A DNA stretch of 64,000 nt from assembly GCA_964343975.1 (NCBI GenBank), contig CAYFLU010000003.1, forward strand, positions 78 through 64,077, in the 5' to 3' direction. Source of the DNA: an uncultured Solibacteraceae bacterium (GTDB taxonomy: Bacteria > Acidobacteriota > Vicinamibacteria > Vicinamibacterales > SCN-69-37). The translations under genes were made by a program, and so were the position numbers. Under the pieces are notes generated by a model. It was given only the letters and a program-made list of their open reading frames with translations. It had not been told where the DNA came from and ran no database searches. Below are positions 1-9,986 of the stretch, in pieces (position 1 is the first letter of the stretch; each line of letters begins with the position of its first letter).

Positions 1-159
1 GGGCACGTCCGGCAACGCGTCAGTCGCGAGTAGCGGAATGACGACGAGCAAGAAGAGCACAACGAAGTGCGCCAAGATCGACAGCGGCACCGTGTACCAC
101 TGTTTCGTGCCCACCTTCACCGATGGGTCTACGACATCTCCGAACATCTCTTTCGGCAC
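1..159 (-). CDS. TonB-like energy transducer, N-terminal fragment (gene runs off the window start)
   Basis: Not in the ORF track because it is truncated by the window edge. The reverse strand reads AGGAGG, 5 nt, GTG(159), then VPKEMFGDVVDPSVKVGTKQWYTVPLSILAHFVVLFLLVVIPLLATDALPDVP. That is a short cytoplasmic head plus one hydrophobic anchor helix, the usual TonB/TolA-type N-terminus. A consensus promoter precedes it. The family call is by pattern only. Confidence 0.4.
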   Translation of the reverse strand, partial: MPKEMFGDVVDPSVKVGTKQWYTVPLSILAHFVVLFLLVVIPLLATDALPDVP

Positions 160-182
160 GAGTGCCTCCTGCGAAGGCCGGG

Positions 183-212
183 ATTATAGTCAGTCCCGAA
201 AAACAGTGTCAA
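183..212 (-). promoter_or_regulatory. Sigma70-type consensus promoter (TTGACA, 18 nt, TATAAT) for the TonB-like gene
   Basis: The reverse strand reads TTGACA (plus coords 212-207), an 18-nt spacer, then TATAAT (188-183). An AGGAGG SD and the GTG start at 159 follow about 24 nt downstream. Confidence 0.55.
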
Positions 213-265
213 TTGAAGACACTGTTACAACCGTTAGACACCGGACTGATGAAAACGGTCCGGTG
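196..265 (-). terminator. Tandem hairpins downstream of hppA; the second is an intrinsic terminator
   Basis: On the reverse strand after the hppA stop (280): hairpin caccggac/gtccggtg (265-239), then hairpin aacagtgtc/gacactgtt (226-202) running into TTTTT (to ~197). Confidence 0.6.
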
Positions 266-279
266 CCCCCAGAGAAAAT

Positions 280-2784
<2,505 letters not shown>

Positions 2785-2857
2785 CTACTCCTGCCCAGCG
2801 TCATCACGCTGGCGCATGCATATTAGTCGCGTACGCCCTCGACCTAGAACTGTGTTG

Positions 2858-3475
2858 TTAGAAATTCGGCCGGTGCCCGCTGTCCGAGCCGGTCCGGAGC
2901 GCGTCCGGCAGGGCCATGCCCCCGGTCAGAACGACCCGGATCCCCTCCTCGACCGAGATATCCGGAAAGGACACCTGCGACGCACGGCACACCACGATAT
3001 CGCCCAGATACAGGTGATTGGTGGGCACATAGACCGCCATCATCGTCTCCGGCCCCTGCCCGCGATCCACCGTGAACTCACGCGTGAGGAACCCCAGGAC
3101 GGCGCCACGTGCGGCGTCATCGACCAGGACCACCTGCTTGAACCCGTATTCGTTGTCGGGCGAGAACGCCGCCAGCAGCTGCTTGACCGGGGCATACACG
3201 GTCTTGAAGACAGGGATATGGAGGAGCAACTGCTCGCCCCGGCCCAACAGGCGCCGCCCGATGACATTCCGGGCAATCGCGCCGACGACCACCAGCAGGA
3301 TTGCCGCCGCAAGAATCCCGGTGCCCGGCAGATGCTGGCCCAGCACCCGCTCGGTGATCCCGCTCGTGGCGTTGTCGATCAGCCGGAATGTCCAGACGAG
3401 CGCGATCAGGCTGACGGCCAGAGGCACCGTCACAAAGAACCCCGTGATCACGCTGCGCCGCAACCACTGGATCAT
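2858..3475 (-). CDS. DUF502-family membrane protein
   Basis: 205 aa. Two N-terminal TM helices followed by PVFKTVYAPVKQLL and VYVPTNHLYLGD, as in COG2928/DUF502 proteins. Confidence 0.75.
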   Translation of the reverse strand: MIQWLRRSVITGFFVTVPLAVSLIALVWTFRLIDNATSGITERVLGQHLPGTGILAAAILLVVVGAIARNVIGRRLLGRGEQLLLHIPVFKTVYAPVKQLLAAFSPDNEYGFKQVVLVDDAARGAVLGFLTREFTVDRGQGPETMMAVYVPTNHLYLGDIVVCRASQVSFPDISVEEGIRVVLTGGMALPDALRTGSDSGHRPNF

Positions 3476-3483
3476 GTGTCAGC

Positions 3484-4281
3484 CTACCGTGCGAGCCAGC
3501 CGAGGGTCAGGAGGACCACGCCCGCCAGAATCCGATACCAGGCAAACGGGGCAAAGCCGGACCGTCCCACGAACCGCAGGAACGGCTTGACGACGAGGAG
3601 CGAGGCCAGGAAGGCCATCACGAAGCCCACGGCGATCTCGAGCCCGAGTCCCTGCCCAAGATCATGGCGGGCCTTCCAGAGGTCGTGCGTGAACGCCGCA
3701 GCCATCGTGGGCATCGCCAGAAAGAACGAGAACTCGGCCGCCGCAGCCCGGTCGAGCCCCGCCACGAGACCGCCGACGATGGTCGAGCCCGAGCGGGAGA
3801 CGCCGGGAATGAGCGCCAGGACCTGCCAGCAGCCGATCAGAAAGGCGGTCGGCAGCGGCGTCTTGTCCGCCTGCATGATGCGTGGCTCGGGGCGGGCCTT
3901 CTCGACGATCAGCATCACGACGCCGCCGACGATGAACGCCACGGCGATCACGGTCGGGCTGGCGTAGAGGACGCGCTTCACGAACCCCGAGAGGAGCCCG
4001 CCGAGGACGAGCGCCGGCAGAAAGGCGACGACGACCATCAGGCCGAACTGCCGGCCGGGCCCGTTCGAGGTGAGCCCGGTCAGCACGGACCAGAGTTTCT
4101 CGCGATAGACCCACATGACCGCGAGAATCGATCCGAGCTGAATGCAGACGGTGAAGACACCGCCCGGATCGGCAAAGTGCAGCCGATCCTCGGCGATGAG
4201 CAGGTGCGCCGTGGACGACACCGGCAGGAACTCGGTGAGCCCCTGGATGACGCCGAGCAGCGCGGCGAGCAGTAACGTCAC
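3484..4281 (-). CDS. uppP: Undecaprenyl-diphosphate phosphatase
   Basis: Both BacA/UppP signature motifs are present: GLTEFLPVSSTAHL and PGVSRSGSTI. 265 aa, polytopic. Confidence 0.92.
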   Translation of the reverse strand: MTLLLAALLGVIQGLTEFLPVSSTAHLLIAEDRLHFADPGGVFTVCIQLGSILAVMWVYREKLWSVLTGLTSNGPGRQFGLMVVVAFLPALVLGGLLSGFVKRVLYASPTVIAVAFIVGGVVMLIVEKARPEPRIMQADKTPLPTAFLIGCWQVLALIPGVSRSGSTIVGGLVAGLDRAAAAEFSFFLAMPTMAAAFTHDLWKARHDLGQGLGLEIAVGFVMAFLASLLVVKPFLRFVGRSGFAPFAWYRILAGVVLLTLGWLAR

Positions 4282-4290
4282 GATCGCGGC

Positions 4291-5238
4291 TTACGCGCGC
4301 GCGGACCGCGTCTTGGCCGGTGCACCAGCCGAGGTGCCGATTTCCTTCCGGCTCAGGATGATCGCGATCGACGCCGCGATGAACACCGTCGAGTAGGTGC
4401 CCGTCACGATGCCGATGATCATCGTGAACGCGAACCCGCGCAGCACCTCGCCACCGAAGAGATACAGCGCGAGCACCGCGAGGAACGTCGTGCCCGACGT
4501 GATGATCGTGCGGCCGAGCGTCTGGTTGACGCTGGCGTTGACGATCTTGTCGAGCGGCTCACGGCGCATCGTCTTCAGGTTTTCGCGGACGCGGTCGAAC
4601 ACGACGATCGTGTCGTTGATCGAGTAGCCGGCGATCGTCAGGATCGCCGCGATGATGTTCAGCGACATGTCGTAGTGGAACCACGCGAGGAACACGAGCG
4701 TGATCAGCAGGTCGTGCACCGTCGCGACAACGGCGCCCACGGCGAAGATGAAGCGGAACCGGAACCCGACGTAGATCAGGATGAAGCCGAGCGAGAACAC
4801 GAGGGCGTAGATCCCGCCCTTGCGGAGGTCCTCACCGACCTGCGGGCCGACGATTTCCTTGCTGACGATCGTCGGGCTGAGGTTCGCGTCCGACAGCGCC
4901 TTCTCGATGCGCTTGGCGCCATCCTCGAGGCTCGTGCCGTTCTCCGGACCGGCCATGGGCAGGCGCACCATGATCTGGTTCTTCCCCGTCTCCTTGCCGT
5001 AGGCCTGCACGACCTTGTCGGTGGTGACCGGGTCAAGCGCCTTGCGCACGGCGTCTTCGGTGGTCGGCTGCTTGAACTCGACGATGACGACGGTGCCGCC
5101 GGTGAAGTCGATGCCCTTCGGGATACCGCCCTTGAGGTAGATCGACGCGACGCCGATCCAGATGATGATGAGCGACCCGATCAGCGCCGGCCAGCGGTAC
5201 TTGATGAAGTCGTAGTTGGCGTTATGAAAAATCTGCAT
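4291..5238 (-). CDS. secF: Protein translocase subunit SecF
   Basis: 315 aa with GIDFTGGT, a C-terminal 6-TM SecDF domain and INDTIVVFDR. Directly follows secD. Confidence 0.93.
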   Translation of the reverse strand: MQIFHNANYDFIKYRWPALIGSLIIIWIGVASIYLKGGIPKGIDFTGGTVVIVEFKQPTTEDAVRKALDPVTTDKVVQAYGKETGKNQIMVRLPMAGPENGTSLEDGAKRIEKALSDANLSPTIVSKEIVGPQVGEDLRKGGIYALVFSLGFILIYVGFRFRFIFAVGAVVATVHDLLITLVFLAWFHYDMSLNIIAAILTIAGYSINDTIVVFDRVRENLKTMRREPLDKIVNASVNQTLGRTIITSGTTFLAVLALYLFGGEVLRGFAFTMIIGIVTGTYSTVFIAASIAIILSRKEIGTSAGAPAKTRSARA

Positions 5239-5256
5239 GACGTCGTCCGGTCCTGA

Positions 5257-6828
5257 TCAGATGCTCAGCTTGGCCGTCGCGGCCGGCTTACGCGAGAGGA
5301 TGAATTCGAAGAGCGTGCGCGACACGAACACGGCCGTGAACACGTTGGCAATCAGACCGAAGAAGAGCGTGGTGGCAAAACCACGGATCGGGCCGGTGCC
5401 GAAGTTGAAGAGCACCGCCGCCGAGATGAGCGACGACACGTGGGTGTCGACGATGGTGATGAAGACGCGGTCGAACCCGGCCGCAATCGCCTGCCGGGCA
5501 TTCTTGCCGCCGCTGAGTTCTTCACGGATGCGCTCGAAGATCAGCACGTTCGAGTCGACACCCATACCGATCGTGAGGACGAAGCCGGCGATGCCGGGCA
5601 GCGTCATGACCGCGCCGAGGTAGGCCATGAAGCCCATCAGGATCACGAGGTTCATCGCGATCGACACGAGCGCGTTGATACCCGCGAGCCGGTAATAAAC
5701 CAGCATGAAGAGCGTGACGAAGCCGAGGCCCATGATCGAGGCGTAGACGCCGGCCTTGACCGAGTCGGCGCCGAGCGTCGGGCCCACTTCGCGCTGCTCA
5801 AGCATCGTGAGCGACGCCGGGAGCGCGCCCGACCGAAGGACCAGCGCGAGGTCGTTGGCTTCCTGCGTCGTGAAACGGCCCGTGATGCGCGCATCGGCCG
5901 TGTTGATCGCGCTCTCGATGCGCGGCGTCGAGACGACGCGGTTGTCGAGGATGATCGCCAGAATGCGCCCGACGTTGGCGCCCGTGACCTGGCTGAACTT
6001 GGCCACACCGCCGTTGTTCAGCGTGAAGCCGACCGCCGGCTGGTTGTATTCGTCGAGCGTCTGCCGCGCGTTCTTGAGGTCGCGGCCCGTGATCGCCGCC
6101 ACCTTCTTCACGAGGTAGAACTCGTTGGCCGCCGACGCGCCGGGCGCCGTGCTGCCCGAGTTGCCCTGCAGCACTTCCATGTCGGGCGGCACCTGACCGC
6201 CCGAGGCGGCGAGCAGCTGCGCCTGATCCGGCGCCGGACCGCTCTCGATGATCCGCAGCTCCAGGACGGCCGTCTTGCCGATGATGTCCTTGGCGCGCGC
6301 CATGTCGGACACGCCCGGCAGCTGCACGATGATCCGGTCCTTGCCGGCCGTCGTCACGAGCGGCTCCGACAGGCCGAGTTCATTCACGCGGCGCTCGATC
6401 GTCTGCTTCGACTGCTCGACCGACAGACCGCGACGCTGCTCCGCGATGTTCGGCTTCATGCGGGCGATGTAGGTGCCGCCCGGCACCGACTCGCGGTTGA
6501 ACGCATCGCCATACTGCGCGTCGAACAACTGACGGAACTCACCGTCCTTGTCGGACGGCACGGCGTCGATCTGGAAATCGGTCAGGCTCAGCACCTTCGT
6601 GCCGCCCACGACGATCCCCTTGGCCTTGAGCGCGTCCTTCAACTGCTCGGCGCTCGTTTCAGTTTCGACCCGCAGCGCGTCGTCCGTCTTGACCTGGAGG
6701 ACCAGGTGCAAGCCGCCCTTGAGGTCAAGGCCGAGCTTGATCTTGTTCTGCGGCGGATAGAACGCGACGATCGCAATGGCGGCGACCGCGAGGATGCTCA
6801 GGGTTTTCCAGCGAAGGTTCTTATACAT
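5257..6828 (-). CDS. secD: Protein translocase subunit SecD
   Basis: 523 aa with LGLDLKGG, a periplasmic domain, then a 6-TM SecDF domain (GVDSNVLIFERIREE). Operon order is yajC-secD-secF. Confidence 0.93.
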   Translation of the reverse strand: MYKNLRWKTLSILAVAAIAIVAFYPPQNKIKLGLDLKGGLHLVLQVKTDDALRVETETSAEQLKDALKAKGIVVGGTKVLSLTDFQIDAVPSDKDGEFRQLFDAQYGDAFNRESVPGGTYIARMKPNIAEQRRGLSVEQSKQTIERRVNELGLSEPLVTTAGKDRIIVQLPGVSDMARAKDIIGKTAVLELRIIESGPAPDQAQLLAASGGQVPPDMEVLQGNSGSTAPGASAANEFYLVKKVAAITGRDLKNARQTLDEYNQPAVGFTLNNGGVAKFSQVTGANVGRILAIILDNRVVSTPRIESAINTADARITGRFTTQEANDLALVLRSGALPASLTMLEQREVGPTLGADSVKAGVYASIMGLGFVTLFMLVYYRLAGINALVSIAMNLVILMGFMAYLGAVMTLPGIAGFVLTIGMGVDSNVLIFERIREELSGGKNARQAIAAGFDRVFITIVDTHVSSLISAAVLFNFGTGPIRGFATTLFFGLIANVFTAVFVSRTLFEFILSRKPAATAKLSI

Positions 6829-6830
6829 GA

Positions 6831-7181
6831 TTAGACGTTGCCGTTCTGGTCCCCACCGACCGGGACGAGGGGTTCCTGACCCTGCAGGCCGCCGATGGCC
6901 GCACGGGCAATCTCGATCGTGACCTTGTCGGCGATCTGGACCTTCACCGACTGCTCACCGATCTTGGTGATCTGACCGTAGATGCCGCTCGTGGTGATGA
7001 TGCGGTCGCCCACCTTGAGGCCAGCCTGAAACTCTTGCACCTTATTCTGGCGGTTGCGCATCGGGCGCAGCACCAGGAAGTAGAAGATGCCCAACATGAG
7101 CACGAACGGGAGCATCTGGACGACGATGCTCGGCTGCCCGGGCTGCTGCTGCATGGCGACGAGAAACGAGGGACTCATCAC
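6831..7181 (-). CDS. yajC: Preprotein translocase subunit YajC
   Basis: 116 aa. A single TM helix, then LKVGDRIITTSGIYGQITKI, which is YajC-like. Lies upstream of secDF. Confidence 0.85.
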   Translation of the reverse strand: MMSPSFLVAMQQQPGQPSIVVQMLPFVLMLGIFYFLVLRPMRNRQNKVQEFQAGLKVGDRIITTSGIYGQITKIGEQSVKVQIADKVTIEIARAAIGGLQGQEPLVPVGGDQNGNV

Positions 7182-7184
7182 AGG

Positions 7185-8348
<1,164 letters not shown>

Positions 8349-8354
8349 TTAGCC

Positions 8355-8360
8355 TATAAT
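8355..8360 (+). promoter_or_regulatory. -10 box TATAAT 11 nt upstream of the ddl GTG (leaderless-type geometry)
   Basis: TATAAT at 8355-8360 and the GTG start at 8372. The whole tgt/ddl divergent spacer is only 29 nt and has no SD. Confidence 0.4.
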
Positions 8361-8371
8361 GTCGGCAGACC

Positions 8372-9550
8372 GTGAAGCGACTTCGCGTAGGTGTGCTCTT
8401 CGGCGGCCGATCCAGCGAGCACGAGATTTCTCTCGCGTCCGCAGCGGCGGTGTTCGCCAATCTCGATCGTCAGAAATACGAACCGGTCCCGCTCAAGATC
8501 GAGAAGGACGGCCGCTGGATCCTCGCGGATCGCGCCCCGTCCGCCGCATCCGCCGCGGAAGTCATCGATCAGATGCGCACCGAACAAGTGCGCCTGCGCA
8601 GCGGCCGTGAAGTGATCCTTCCGGCACGCCCGGGCAACAGCTCCGACAGCCTCGTCCTGCTCGACCGCCGGGAAGCGCGCACGCGCGAAACCCATGGCGA
8701 GGATGTGGATGCGGTGACGACGGCTACCGGTCTCGGCCTCGACGTGATCTTCCCCGTCCTCCACGGCCCGCTCGGCGAGGACGGCACGATCCAAGGCCTG
8801 CTCGAACTCGCCAACATCCCGTACGTCGGCTGCGGCGTCCTCGCCTCCTCCATCGGCATGGACAAGGCCGCGATGAAGACAATGTTCCGCCACAAGGGAC
8901 TCAAGGTCGCCGACTGGGTCGTCGTCTGGCGACGCGAGCTCGCGGATCGCGACGGGGTGCGCGCACGAATCGAAAAGGCCCTGCCCTACCCGATGTTCGT
9001 GAAGCCGGCCAACCTCGGCTCGAGCGTCGGCATCTCGAAGGTGAAGACGGCGGCGGATCTCGACGCGGCGCTCGATCTGGCCGCCTCCTTCGACCGCAAG
9101 ATCATCGTCGAGGCCGGGATCCCCGATGCGCGCGAGATCGAATGCGCGGTGCTCGGTAACGACACCCCCGATGTGTCGGTCGCCGGAGAAATCGTGCCTG
9201 CCAACGAGTTCTACGACTACGAAGCCAAGTACATCAGCGGCGGCTCGAAGACGATCATTCCGGCGAAACTCACGGACAAAGTCGCCGCCGAGGTCCGTCG
9301 TGCGGCGATTGCCGCCTTCGAATCGATCGACGGATCCGGACTCGCGCGTGTCGACTTCCTCGTCACGCGCTCAAGCCACAAAGTGTTCGTGAACGAGATC
9401 AACACGCTGCCCGGCTTCACCACGATCAGCATGTATTCGCAGTTGTGGCAGGCGAGCGGCGTCGAGTACCCGACGTTGATCGATCGACTGATCACGCTCG
9501 CGCTCGAACGTCACAAGGACAAACAAGACGTTCGCACCAGCTTTTTTTAA
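8372..9550 (+). CDS. ddl: D-alanine--D-alanine ligase
   Basis: Motifs VLFGGRSSEHEISL, the ATP-grasp PMFVKPANLGSSVGISKV, and EINTLPGFT. It carries an unusually long insert (~50 aa) after the N-domain. Confidence 0.93.
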   Translation: MKRLRVGVLFGGRSSEHEISLASAAAVFANLDRQKYEPVPLKIEKDGRWILADRAPSAASAAEVIDQMRTEQVRLRSGREVILPARPGNSSDSLVLLDRREARTRETHGEDVDAVTTATGLGLDVIFPVLHGPLGEDGTIQGLLELANIPYVGCGVLASSIGMDKAAMKTMFRHKGLKVADWVVVWRRELADRDGVRARIEKALPYPMFVKPANLGSSVGISKVKTAADLDAALDLAASFDRKIIVEAGIPDAREIECAVLGNDTPDVSVAGEIVPANEFYDYEAKYISGGSKTIIPAKLTDKVAAEVRRAAIAAFESIDGSGLARVDFLVTRSSHKVFVNEINTLPGFTTISMYSQLWQASGVEYPTLIDRLITLALERHKDKQDVRTSFF

Positions 9551-9559
9551 TTTTTGCGC

Positions 9560-9588
9560 TTGACAGTCGTACGACTCGTCCCTAATCT
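9560..9588 (+). promoter_or_regulatory. Near-consensus sigma70 promoter (TTGACA, 17 nt, TAATCT) with no annotated gene behind it
   Basis: TTGACA at 9560-9565, a 17-nt spacer, TAATCT at 9583-9588. Confidence 0.6.
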
Positions 9589-9594
9589 ACATCT

Positions 9595-9695
9595 TGCGTG
9601 AAGGACAACGGCTCACCCTATTTGTTGAGTTCGTCGTCGCCAAGCAAGATCTGGTGAATTCGTGAGGTGTCGCTCGACGGCGACGCCTTTTTTTT
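9595..9695 (+). ncRNA. Candidate ~100-nt small transcript (sRNA, or a leaderless 19-aa micro-ORF at 9598-9657)
   Basis: Bounded by the promoter at 9560-9588 and an intrinsic terminator at 9666-9695. Contains an internal 7-bp helix, atcttgc (9591-9597) with gcaagat (9644-9650). A GTG at 9598 lies 9 nt after the -10 box and opens VKDNGSPYLLSSSSPSKIW*. Confidence 0.45.
9666..9695 (+). terminator. Intrinsic terminator
   Basis: An 8-bp stem, ggtgtcgc/gcgacgcc (one G-U pair), a 6-nt loop, then T8 (9688-9695). Confidence 0.7.
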
Positions 9696-9875
9696 AGCTT
9701 CACCAGCACGCACGTTTTTGAGTTTGTCAGGCGTTCGAGCGCGACTTGTTTGACCCGCGATCATGCCTGCCACGAAGCGCGGACGACGCACGTGCACGTT
9801 GGCGTGCCGGGAGGCAGCGACGCTGCAGTGCGGAGCGCGTCCTCGCACAATCCACCTGAAGGGGGGGACAAGACA

Positions 9876-9926
9876 ATGGCGAAGAAGACTGCCAAGAAGG
9901 CGAAGAAGGGCGGCAAGAAGCGGTAA
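9876..9926 (+). CDS. 16-aa lysine-rich micro-ORF (MAKKTAKKAKKGGKKR)
   Basis: ATG at 9876 is preceded by the G-rich SD gaaggggggga 6 nt upstream. TAA at 9924-9926. A strong intrinsic terminator follows 27 nt downstream. Too short to appear in the ORF track. Confidence 0.4.
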   Translation: MAKKTAKKAKKGGKKR

Positions 9927-9952
9927 GTTTTTCCGCTCACGCTCTACCTAAA

Positions 9953-9980
9953 GGGGACGGGAGACCGTCCCCTTTTTTTT
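9953..9980 (+). terminator. Intrinsic terminator (probably also serves the convergent PPIase gene)
   Basis: ggggacgg, loop gaga, ccgtcccc, then T8 (9973-9980). The convergent minus-strand gene ends at 9987. Confidence 0.75.
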
Positions 9981-9986
9981 ATTGGG

